A stretch of DNA of 17,977 bases from Gemmatimonadota bacterium (GCA_039588275.1 JBDHAC010000066.1:1-17977); one strand, 5' to 3'. Counted from the stretch's first letter, positions 1 through 8,035 are shown. Notes: a model not told the origin generated them from the letters alone. Numbers and translations are program-made.

Positions 1-359
1 AACTTGCGCGCGCCCTACACCCTACGTCTCACCACACAGAGTGGAACCGCCGTCGAACCGACATCGATCGCGGTAGTGGCAGCGTCTGCCCCCTTGCGGC
101 GCTCGCTTTCATAGCTGAAACGTCGCGTTCCCCGGTCCCGAGCGTCCCAGCTCACCCTCTCGGCGCACGTGTCATGAAGCACGCCGGGCAAGACATCAGG
201 CGTCGGCAGTGAGATCCGAACAGCAAACATCGCGCAACCCATTGGGGCCCTTTCTTCGCGGGCCGAAAGACCGTCACGTCCACAGTATCTCACGCGATCA
301 ACGCGCTATGAACACCATCCAGCGAAGCTCGGGGTGAGCCACCTCCCTGCGACGCCCAC

Positions 360-1217
360 CTAGGCCGCGATCGGCCGTACGTCCACCGTCGTGTCCTCTC
401 GGACCACGACCATGTGCCCGGTGGGTACCCGATCCCAGCCGGGGTCGTCACTGAGACGCTCCGAGGATACGATCGCCGCGCCGCGGCCGCCGTCGGGATC
501 CACCATCAGGCCCATCCCCTCTTCGCACTCGTAGCGCCTTCCCGTATGGTAGTACAGGCTCGGTGCCCGCTTCGGCACGTCGCTCTTATAGCGCGACACG
601 ACCGAGCTACGCCCATCCGAGACGGCCAGATTCAGCTCGGAGTCGTCCTTGATCCCCGCGCTCTCCCGCATGTCCTCCACTTCGAGGATGGTCGTGGCCA
701 GCGCCGCTGCCATGCGCTCCGCAGGATCTTCTTCCTCCGCGCCCTGGTAGCGCTCGAGGAACAGCGCGAACACGTGCTCGGAGTCGCTGGATCCTCCGAT
801 CAGATCGAAGACATCATCGGAGAGGCGGCCCAACAGCCGTCGTCGGAGCCTTCGGAAGCCGCCGACATGGCCGTTGTGCATGAAGGCGAACTTCCCGAAC
901 CCGAACGGATGGCAGTTCGCCAGGTTCACCGGCATGCCTGGGGTGGCCGCGCGGACGTGCGCCAAGATGCAGGGGCTGCGGGTCACGCGCGCCAGGTGAC
1001 GGAGGTTGTCGTTGTTCCACGCGGGACGCAGCGAGCGGAACAGCGCCGGCTCCTCGGCCATCTCGGGCACGTACCAGGCGATCCCGAAGCCGTCGCCGTT
1101 CAGCGGTTCCTCGCGCTCGCGGCTTTGGAAGCTCTGGTGGATGAGCGAGTTCGCGGGCTCGGTGACCAGGGACTTCAGCGTGATCTCCTCACCCCGGTAG
1201 AGGACGAATCGACACAT
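360..1217 (-). CDS. Class II glutamine amidotransferase (Ntn-hydrolase, YafJ/EgtC/Dug3-like)
   Basis: Starts MCRF (catalytic Cys2). Contains NGDGFGIAWY, AHVRAAT, NCHPF, FMHNG, SDSEH and SERL motifs typical of this family. GAGAGGGTGA-like SD upstream. Confidence 0.9.
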   Translation of the reverse strand: MCRFVLYRGEEITLKSLVTEPANSLIHQSFQSREREEPLNGDGFGIAWYVPEMAEEPALFRSLRPAWNNDNLRHLARVTRSPCILAHVRAATPGMPVNLANCHPFGFGKFAFMHNGHVGGFRRLRRRLLGRLSDDVFDLIGGSSDSEHVFALFLERYQGAEEEDPAERMAAALATTILEVEDMRESAGIKDDSELNLAVSDGRSSVVSRYKSDVPKRAPSLYYHTGRRYECEEGMGLMVDPDGGRGAAIVSSERLSDDPGWDRVPTGHMVVVREDTTVDVRPIAA

Positions 1218-1270
1218 GGTCTCACCCTCTCATGGACGGGCCTGTGGGTTCGACGTGGCGGCCCGACGGC

Positions 1271-1690
1271 CTACTCCACTCGGACAGGCGCGTAGCGGTA
1301 ACCGAGCCAGCAGCCCAGCATCGCCGCTCCTCCTTGCACGAGGAGTGCGAGCGCGGCGGCGCGCACGGTGAGCGGCTCCCATGCCGACATTCCCGTCGTG
1401 AACCCGCCGAGGACGATGTTCGTCAGGAACCACACGACGAAGCTGGTACCGGCGATCGCGCCGCCATGCAGGATGGGAGCGGCTGCCGTCCGGACCCCCG
1501 CAAAGAAGCCACCCGTCACAAAGCCGAGCCCTACGCCGACCGAGACCCAAATCGCGTCCATAAGCTCGGACCGGCCAAGCAGCCCGACACCTTCGAAGAA
1601 GAGGAGGACGGCACTGGCGGCGGCGACCGAGATGAACCACCCGGAGGCGACCCAGTACACCTTCACGTTGGTGAGATGTTCGGTATGCAC
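1271..1690 (-). CDS. Hypothetical integral membrane protein (about 4 TM helices)
   Basis: 139 aa with four Gly/Ala-rich hydrophobic segments. Fits between rnhB and the amidotransferase on the same strand. GTG start. Confidence 0.75.
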   Translation of the reverse strand: MHTEHLTNVKVYWVASGWFISVAAASAVLLFFEGVGLLGRSELMDAIWVSVGVGLGFVTGGFFAGVRTAAAPILHGGAIAGTSFVVWFLTNIVLGGFTTGMSAWEPLTVRAAALALLVQGGAAMLGCWLGYRYAPVRVE

Positions 1691-1715
1691 GGTCTAAACC
1701 CTAAAAGGCTAATCC

Positions 1716-2342
1716 CTACAGGTCGAGTTCGGTCTGCAACACACCGTGAAACGTACGGCGATGATGGGGCGTGGGCCCATAGTCGCGGATCGCTCGCATG
1801 TGCCCCCGCGTCCGGTATCCCTTGTTCGAAGCCCAGCCGTACTCGGGGTAGCGTGGATCCAACCGGCACATGAGCTCGTCCCGCACGACCTTTGCCAGGA
1901 TCGAGGCACAGGCGATCGAGTGCGAGCGCCTGTCGCCTCCCACGATGGCGCGGTGGCGACCCAGCTCGGGGGCGGGCCTCCCGTCCACGAGCACGAGGTC
2001 GGGTTGGAACGGAAGCCCGGACACCGCGCGCCGCATCGCAAGGATCGCCGCCGAGCGCACGTTCAGGCGCTCAATCTCGCGCGGGGACGCGGCCGCTACC
2101 CGATAGCCGAGGCAGTCGCGCCGGATCTCGGTGGACAGCTCCCGACGGCGCTTGGCGGTGAGAAGCTTGGAGTCGGTCGCGCCGTCGAATTGCTGGTCGG
2201 GGTGCAGGGCTACTGCGGCGACAACGACGGGACCGGCCACGGGGCCGTATCCGACTTCGTCCAGACCGATGATGTAGCGGTGGCCCGACGACCAGCCGTC
2301 CGTCTCGTAGTCGAGGGGGGCGGTGTCGGGCACGGTGGGCAA
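1716..2342 (-). CDS. rnhB: Ribonuclease HII
   Basis: GLDEVGYGPVAGPVV, DSKLL, VDG, SIACASILAKVVRD, KGY and HHRRTF motifs. Usual position after rplS. The TTG start is uncertain. Confidence 0.95.
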   Translation of the reverse strand: MPTVPDTAPLDYETDGWSSGHRYIIGLDEVGYGPVAGPVVVAAVALHPDQQFDGATDSKLLTAKRRRELSTEIRRDCLGYRVAAASPREIERLNVRSAAILAMRRAVSGLPFQPDLVLVDGRPAPELGRHRAIVGGDRRSHSIACASILAKVVRDELMCRLDPRYPEYGWASNKGYRTRGHMRAIRDYGPTPHHRRTFHGVLQTELDL

Positions 2343-2369
2343 CGCGCGGCTAGCGGGGCGACTCCTGGC

Positions 2370-2963
2370 CTATTCGGCGGTGGCTTCCGCGGTCTCGGTG
2401 CGCTCCGGCGGGTCGGCCGCATCGGTCGGCTCGACGGCCGCATCGCCGACGTCTTCCACCGACTCGGCCACCGGGGCCTCGGCGGCGTCGAGGGCCTCCT
2501 CCGGGAGAGGCTCGCCCTCCGGCATGTCCTCGGACTCGGCCTCCGCGGCCTCCGTCACCGGGGGAGCGATGCCGGCCTCCATGGCCTTGCGCTCGGCGAT
2601 CGACTCTTTGTCCAGCCACCACTTCCGCTCGCGCACACGGGCACGCTTACCCTTGCGGGCGCGCAGGTAGTAGAGCTTGGCCCGGCGCACGTCGCCGCGG
2701 CGCACGACCTCGAGACCGGCGATCGATGGCGAATGGAGGGGGAAGATTCGCTCGACGCCTACGCCGCCCGACACGCGCCGGAGGGTGAACGTGGCGTTGA
2801 TTCCGGCGCCCCGGCGGGCGATGCAGACGCCCTCGAACGGCTGGATCCGTTCCTTCTGACCTTCGCGCACTCGTACGCGGACGCGCACCGTGTCGCCCGG
2901 AGCGAACGCGGGCAGGTCGCTCCGCTTGTATGACTTCTCGATCTCTGCGATCCTCGGATCCAT
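2370..2963 (-). CDS. rplS: 50S ribosomal protein L19 with acidic C-terminal extension
   Basis: [35 protein letters not shown] and [10 protein letters not shown] motifs. GAGG directly upstream of the ATG. Confidence 0.98.
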   Translation of the reverse strand: MDPRIAEIEKSYKRSDLPAFAPGDTVRVRVRVREGQKERIQPFEGVCIARRGAGINATFTLRRVSGGVGVERIFPLHSPSIAGLEVVRRGDVRRAKLYYLRARKGKRARVRERKWWLDKESIAERKAMEAGIAPPVTEAAEAESEDMPEGEPLPEEALDAAEAPVAESVEDVGDAAVEPTDAADPPERTETAEATAE

Positions 2964-3082
2964 CCTCGTCCGTCCTTTCCAGCCTCGCCGGCCCGACGCG
3001 CCTCGCTCTCGTTCGGCGCGCCGTATCCGAAGCCCAGAAATATAATCGGTTCAGGCTGCCCGCGGCAGCCCTACTATCCTGC

Positions 3083-3760
3083 CTATTCTGCGCCCAGGTC
3101 CAACATTTCCGGTCGGCGTGTACGGGTGATGGATTCGGCGCGTGCGCGACGCCACGCCTCGATCCGCGCGTGGTCGCCCGAGCGCAGCGCTTCCGGTACC
3201 TCCATCCCGCGATACTCTGCCGGTCGCGTGTACACGGGGGGTGCCAGCCATCCTTCGTAAAATGAATCCGTGGAGGCCGACTCATGGTCGCTCATCGCGC
3301 CCGGCAGCAACCGAGTGACGCTGTCGGTGACCACGAGAGCCGCCGGCTCTCCTCCGCTCAGCACGTAGTCGCCGATCGAGATCTCCTCGTCCACCAGTGC
3401 CTCGACGACGCGCTCATCCACGCCCTTATAGTGCCCGCACAGGAGCGTGACCTCGTCCTGCAGCGCGTATCGCACCGCGGTCGCGTGGTCGAACGGGCGC
3501 CCGCGCGGCGTGAGGAGCACGACCGGGCCTTCCGGCCTGAGGTCGTCAAGGGCTTCGAAGAACGGCTCGGGCTTCATGACCATTCCCGCGCCGCCCCCGA
3601 ACGGCTCGTCGTCCACGGTCCGGTGCCGGTCGTGGGTGTAGTCCCTCAGGTCCACCAACCGGTACTCGACGAGTCCCGCCGTCTGCGCCCGCCCGGTGAG
3701 ACCGAGCGAGAGCGGCGTCCGCAGATAGTCTGGGAAGATGGTCAGGACGTTGATTCGCAC
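3083..3760 (-). CDS. trmD: tRNA (guanine-N1)-methyltransferase
   Basis: VDDEPFGGGAGMVMKPEP, CGHYKGVDER, SIGDYVLSGGE, YTRP and SGDHARI motifs. Lies in the rimM-trmD-rplS order. Confidence 0.98.
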   Translation of the reverse strand: MRINVLTIFPDYLRTPLSLGLTGRAQTAGLVEYRLVDLRDYTHDRHRTVDDEPFGGGAGMVMKPEPFFEALDDLRPEGPVVLLTPRGRPFDHATAVRYALQDEVTLLCGHYKGVDERVVEALVDEEISIGDYVLSGGEPAALVVTDSVTRLLPGAMSDHESASTDSFYEGWLAPPVYTRPAEYRGMEVPEALRSGDHARIEAWRRARAESITRTRRPEMLDLGAE

Positions 3761-3770
3761 GGCGTCACGC

Positions 3771-4319
3771 TCACAAATCCAGGAGGCCTTCCGGCAACGT
3801 CACTCGCAGAAGCCCCGCTTCCAGGTCGACATCGACGACGAACTCGCGTCGGAAAGGGATGAAGCGTTCTCGCCCTTCGGCCTCCACCGCGAGCAACGGG
3901 TCGGCCGGGCCCTCGTACACCTCCGACACCGAGCCGAGCTCACGTCCCTCCTCGTCCTCCACGCGGAGCCCGATGAGGTCGTGGAAGAAGTACTCATCCG
4001 CGCCGAGCTCGGGGAGTTCCTCGTGCGGCACCGCCAGGTGGACGCCACGAAATCGATCCGCCGAGGACCGATCCGCGATTTCCTCGGTCACGACGCGCCA
4101 TACCGCTCCGTGCGGGGCGGCTTCCACGATCGTCAGGGCTTCGGGCAGGCCCGTCGACGGCTCGTCCGCGGGCTTATCGGTCGGGGGCTCGACGAGATGG
4201 AGCACCCGACCCGGTGTAAACAGCTCCTCCGCGTGATCCGTCTCCGCCCGCAGGAGGAGCCCGCCTTTGATCCCGTGCGGGCGTGTGACCCGAGCCACGA
4301 CCACGGGCTCGGAGGACAC
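3771..4319 (-). CDS. rimM: Ribosome maturation factor RimM
   Basis: RPHGIKG, LPELGADEYFFHDLIGLRV and FIPF motifs, with a PEGLLDL end. Sits between rpsP and trmD. Confidence 0.96.
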   Translation of the reverse strand: MSSEPVVVARVTRPHGIKGGLLLRAETDHAEELFTPGRVLHLVEPPTDKPADEPSTGLPEALTIVEAAPHGAVWRVVTEEIADRSSADRFRGVHLAVPHEELPELGADEYFFHDLIGLRVEDEEGRELGSVSEVYEGPADPLLAVEAEGRERFIPFRREFVVDVDLEAGLLRVTLPEGLLDL

Positions 4320-4325
4320 GTCCGG

Positions 4326-5132
4326 CTACTCCTTGTCCTCGGCCTCCTCGGCCTCGTCCGTCGTCTCTTCCGCGGCTTCCTCGACGGCTTCTTCAGCCGC
4401 GTCTTCCGCCTCGGCCGTGACTTCCTCTACCTCGGCCTCGGCGGTCTCCTCAACCTCCTCTACCGCCTCCTCGACAGCCTCCGGGGCGCTCGCGTCTACC
4501 GCTTCTCCAGCCGCGACCTCGCTCTCCTCGGCGGCCTCCTCGGCAGTCTCGGCGAGTTCCTCGGCGCTCACCTCGACAGCTTCTTCGGCTTCGGCGGTCG
4601 CTTCATCGACGCTCGCCTCGACAGTTTCCTCGGCTTCGGCGGTCGCCTCCGCGACGGTAGGCTCCTCAGGAGCTGCGGCCTCTTCCGCGGCCTCGGGCTC
4701 GGCGGCTTCAGGCGCCGCGGCGGGCTCGGCCTCCGGCATCACCTCTTTCGCCACCGCGGCTGCCGCGCTCACCTTCGGCGCCCTGTCGACGGGTGGAGGC
4801 CGCTGCGACGTGCCTTGCTGGCCCGGCGGCGGCCCCTGAAAGACCACGGGGTCCTCCAACGCCTCGGGTGCGACGCCATCGTGGAACTGTTTCCACACGC
4901 CCGTCTGACGCAGGAGCGAGCGCACCGTGTCGCTCGGCTCCGCGCCTTCGTGCAGCCAGTAGAGCGTGCGTGCCGCATCCAGCCGGATCAGTGACGGCTC
5001 GGTGCGCGGGTTGTAGACGCCGAGCCGTTCGATCGAAATCCCCGACGTCCCCTGACTCGTATCGGTCACCACGATTCGGAACGACGCCGCCTTCTTGGCG
5101 CCGACCCGCTTCAGTCTGATGCTCGCTGCCAT
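4326..5132 (-). CDS. rpsP: 30S ribosomal protein S16 with very long acidic C-terminal tail
   Basis: MAASIRLKRVG, FRIVV, IERLGVYNP and WLHEGAEPSDTVRSLL motifs. Start moved to the ATG at 5132 (AGGA upstream), because the track's 5186 start overlaps ffh. Confidence 0.95.
   Translation of the reverse strand: MAASIRLKRVGAKKAASFRIVVTDTSQGTSGISIERLGVYNPRTEPSLIRLDAARTLYWLHEGAEPSDTVRSLLRQTGVWKQFHDGVAPEALEDPVVFQGPPPGQQGTSQRPPPVDRAPKVSAAAAVAKEVMPEAEPAAAPEAAEPEAAEEAAAPEEPTVAEATAEAEETVEASVDEATAEAEEAVEVSAEELAETAEEAAEESEVAAGEAVDASAPEAVEEAVEEVEETAEAEVEEVTAEAEDAAEEAVEEAAEETTDEAEEAEDKE
4565..4649 (-). repeat. Imperfect 45-bp tandem duplication inside the S16 tail (EATAEAEETVEAS / EATAEAEEAVEVS)
   Basis: Plus strand gctcacctcgacagcttcttcggcttcggcggtcgcttc at 4566 versus gctcgcctcgacagtttcctcggcttcggcggtcgcctc at 4611, a 45-bp period. 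Confidence 0.85.
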
Positions 5133-5160
5133 CTCGCGTCCTGTCTCGTGCGTTCGCGCC

Positions 5161-6507
5161 TCAGCCGAGTTGCCGGCCGAGGTCACCCGGATCCCCGCCC
5201 TGTATCAGCGGGGCGAGCTTGCCCATGTTCTTCATCATCTTCCGCATCTCCTTGAACTGCTCGAGCAGCCGGTTCACCTCCTGCACCGGCCGCCCGGAGC
5301 CCCGCGCGATCCTCGCGCGGCGGGACCCGTTCAGGATCTGCGGGCGCTTCCGCTCTTCCGGCGTCATCGAGAGGATGATCGCCTCTATGTGCCGGACCCG
5401 CTTCGGGTCGATCTCGACGTCGTCCAGCATGCTGGACTTGATGCCGGGGACCATCTTCAGGAGTCCCTTGAGCGGTCCCATCTTCTGTAGCTGCTGCACC
5501 GACCGGAGGAAGTCCTCGAGGTCGAACTCGCCTCGCTTGATCAGGCGCTCCTCGAGTCTGGCCGTCTCCTCCAGGTCCATCGTCTGTTGGGCCCGCTCTA
5601 CGAGCCCCACGATGTCCCCCATCTGGAGGATCCGTCCGGCCATGCGCGTCGCGTCGAACAGCGTCAGGTCTTCGGGCCGCTCACCGGTACCCACGAACCG
5701 GATCGGGATTCCGAGCACCCCGAAGATCGACAGCGCCGCGCCTCCGCGCGCATCGCCATCCATCTTGGTGAGGATCACGCCCGTGAGCCTCACCGTCTCG
5801 TGGAAGCCCTCCGCGATCCGCACCGCCTCCTGACCGGTCATCCCGTCGGCGACCAGCAGCACTTCGTGCGGCCCGACGGCTTCGCGGACCGCCCGCAGCT
5901 CGCTCATGAGCTCCGCGTCCACCTGTAGCCGCCCGGCCATGTCGAGCAGCAGGTGGCTCGCCCCGCCGGTGCGTGCCTCTTTCACGGCCGAGGCCGCGAG
6001 CGTCGGCATGTCCTCGCCTTGCGGCTCGGCGATCAGCGGCACGTCGACCGTCGCCGCCAGCGTCTTCAGCTGCTCGGCGGCGGCGGGTCGGTAGGGATCG
6101 CACGCGGCGAGCGTCGGACGCCCACCCTCGTGCTTGATCCGCCGGGCCAGCTTCGCCGCGGTGGTCGTCTTTCCGGAGCCCTGTAGGCCGACCAGCATGA
6201 GCACGGTCGGCGGGACCGTGGCTTCGGCCACCGGGATCGCTTCGCTGCCGAGCAGCTCGACCAGCTCGTCGTGTACGATCTTGACGATCTGTTCGCCCGG
6301 CCGCACCGACTTGAGCACGTCTTCACCGAGCGCGCGCTCCTCGACCCGGCTCAGGAAATCGCGCGCGACCTGGTAGTTGACGTCAGCTTCGAGGAGGGCG
6401 CGCCGAACTTCGCGCAGCCCATCCTTCAGCATCTTCTCGGTAATCACGCCGCGCTGGCGGAATTGCCCCAGCACGCCGTCGAGTCGGTCGCTGAGCCGCT
6501 CGAACAT
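5161..6507 (-). CDS. ffh: Signal recognition particle protein Ffh
   Basis: MFERLSDRL N-terminus, ALLEADV, GLQGSGKTT, YRPAA, TKMDGDARGGAALS, and an M domain (SMTPEER, SRRARIARGSG). Start set at the ATG at 6507. Confidence 0.98.
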   Translation of the reverse strand: MFERLSDRLDGVLGQFRQRGVITEKMLKDGLREVRRALLEADVNYQVARDFLSRVEERALGEDVLKSVRPGEQIVKIVHDELVELLGSEAIPVAEATVPPTVLMLVGLQGSGKTTTAAKLARRIKHEGGRPTLAACDPYRPAAAEQLKTLAATVDVPLIAEPQGEDMPTLAASAVKEARTGGASHLLLDMAGRLQVDAELMSELRAVREAVGPHEVLLVADGMTGQEAVRIAEGFHETVRLTGVILTKMDGDARGGAALSIFGVLGIPIRFVGTGERPEDLTLFDATRMAGRILQMGDIVGLVERAQQTMDLEETARLEERLIKRGEFDLEDFLRSVQQLQKMGPLKGLLKMVPGIKSSMLDDVEIDPKRVRHIEAIILSMTPEERKRPQILNGSRRARIARGSGRPVQEVNRLLEQFKEMRKMMKNMGKLAPLIQGGDPGDLGRQLG

Positions 6508-6560
6508 CCTTCGTCTCGAAAGCAACGCCCTCCTCGCGGAGGGACGCGTGTGTCAGGGAG
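6508..6560 (-). ncRNA. Candidate cis-regulatory ffh leader RNA (bulged hairpin)
   Basis: Minus strand CCCUGACACACGCGUCCCUCC-GCGA-GGAGGGCGU: perfect 6-bp stem with a GNRA loop, extended by ACG/CGU across a bulge, just upstream of the ffh start. From memory it resembles the ffh motif described in Alphaproteobacteria; not verified. Confidence 0.5.
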
Positions 6561-6568
6561 AACGCTCG

Positions 6569-6611
6569 GGAAAACGAACGACGCGAACCCGGGAGGCCCG
6601 GTCGCGCCGTT
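6569..6611 (-). terminator. Terminator/attenuator-like hairpin between purA and ffh
   Basis: Minus strand AACGGCGCGA-CCGGG-CCU-CCCGG-GU-UCGCGUCGUU (10-bp plus 5-bp stems) followed by CGUUUU. The U tract is imperfect. Confidence 0.4.
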
Positions 6612-6688
6612 TCAACACCGTGCGCCGTCTCAGCGCAGCCCGAATCGCTTCGAGCCGGCGCTCCGTCGAACCCACGGAGCCGTTTAGT

Positions 6689-8035
6689 TTAGCCGGTTTC
6701 CAGGGTCGAAGCAACGTCCACACGGGCCGCAGCGACACCGCCGGGAGTCACCCGAATGATCTCGCGCCGCGCCGCCCCGACCGAGATGTAACGGATCGGG
6801 ACATCGACCGATGCCTCGAGGCGAGCCAGATACGCCTTCGCCTGCTCGGGGAGGTCTATCCAGCTGCGGCAATCGCTCGTGGACGTCCCCCAACCGGCCA
6901 GCGTCTCGTACTCGGGGGTGACCCGCTCGAGGAGTTTCGCAGATTCGGGGAAGCGAGTGATGGTGTGGCCGTCCAGCCGGTACCCCGTCGCGAGCTGCAC
7001 CTCATCGAGCTCGTCCAGGACGTCCAGCTTGGTCACGGCCAGCGATGTGAGACCGTTCACCCCAGCGGCGTAGCGCACCACCATCGCGTCGAACCAGCCG
7101 GGTCGCCGGGGCCGGCCGGTGGTGGCGCCGTACTCGCTTCCGAGCTGGCGCAGGCGATCCGCCTCCGGCTCTTCCAGCTCCGTCGGCAGCGGTCCGTTCC
7201 CGACCCGCGTCGTGTATGCCTTGACCACGCCCAGCACCTCATCGATCAGCGTGGGTCCGATCCCGACCCCCGCCGCCGCCGCACCGGCCGTAGTGGAGGA
7301 TGAGGTCACGAACGGGTATGTCCCGTGGTCGATATCCAGCAGCGAGCCCTGGGCCCCCTCCAGCAGGGCGCGGCCGCCTCCGGCGAGGCCCCGGCGGATC
7401 TCGTCGCCTGTATCCGCGCTCAGAGCTAGAATCTCGTCGTGAATCTCATCCAGCGCGCCCAGCACGTCATCGGGGCTAATGCGCTTCGCCGAGCCCAGGC
7501 GCTCGAGGATCGCGTTCGCGTTCTCCGTACCGGACTCCACGATCTCTCGCGTTCGGTCTTGATCCCGCAGGTCGCCGACCCGCAGCCCCACGCGCGCCAC
7601 CTTGTCGCGGTACGCGGGACCGATGCCGCGGCCCGTCGTGCCGATGGCGTTCGCTCCGCGGCCCTCCTCCTGCGCTTCGTCCAGCAGCTGATGGTACGGG
7701 AGGACGAGGTGCGCGCGGTGGCTGATTCCGAGACGGTCGTCGAACTCCACGCCGCGCGCCTGCAGGTGGGATATCTCCTCGGACAGCGTCCAGGGATCCA
7801 CCACGACGCCGTTGCCGAGGAGGCAGCGGACTTTCGGGTACAGGATCCCGGAGGGCACCAGGTGGAGCACGAACTCCTCGCCCGCGACTCGCACGGTGTG
7901 TCCGGCGTTCGCGCCCCCCTGATAGCGGGCTACGATCGTCGCCTGCTCGGCCAGGACATCGACGAGCTTACCCTTGCCCTCGTCTCCCCATTGAGCGCCC
8001 ACGACGGCGACGCAGCGCACGGTATCGCTGAACAC
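6689..8035 (-). CDS. purA: Adenylosuccinate synthetase
   Basis: QWGDEGKGK, GGANAGHT, IGTTGRGIGPAY, EGAQG, DHGTYPFVTSS, GATTGRPRR and TKLDVL motifs. GTG start with GAGGA SD. Confidence 0.99.
   Translation of the reverse strand: MFSDTVRCVAVVGAQWGDEGKGKLVDVLAEQATIVARYQGGANAGHTVRVAGEEFVLHLVPSGILYPKVRCLLGNGVVVDPWTLSEEISHLQARGVEFDDRLGISHRAHLVLPYHQLLDEAQEEGRGANAIGTTGRGIGPAYRDKVARVGLRVGDLRDQDRTREIVESGTENANAILERLGSAKRISPDDVLGALDEIHDEILALSADTGDEIRRGLAGGGRALLEGAQGSLLDIDHGTYPFVTSSSTTAGAAAAGVGIGPTLIDEVLGVVKAYTTRVGNGPLPTELEEPEADRLRQLGSEYGATTGRPRRPGWFDAMVVRYAAGVNGLTSLAVTKLDVLDELDEVQLATGYRLDGHTITRFPESAKLLERVTPEYETLAGWGTSTSDCRSWIDLPEQAKAYLARLEASVDVPIRYISVGAARREIIRVTPGGVAAARVDVASTLETG

Noticed and set aside
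1..359. 92-aa minus-strand ORF (15-293) and a plus-strand frame open from the window edge to a stop at 114
   Set aside because: No recognisable motifs and atypical codon usage. I cannot tell intergenic DNA from a gene end without flanking sequence.
1244..1255. 12-mer gtgggttcgacg shared with the hairpin at 6664-6675 (opposite strand)
   Set aside because: A single 12-bp match in 18 kb of GC-rich DNA is plausible by chance, and the flanks do not match.
6508..6688. SRP (4.5S) RNA gene next to ffh
   Set aside because: The conserved domain IV signature (CAGG...GNRA...AGCAG internal loop) is not present on either strand.
6553..6738. 61-aa basic ORF between purA and ffh as a small ribosomal protein
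   Set aside because: It overlaps the purA 3' end and resembles no ribosomal protein I recognise. The region is better explained by RNA structure.
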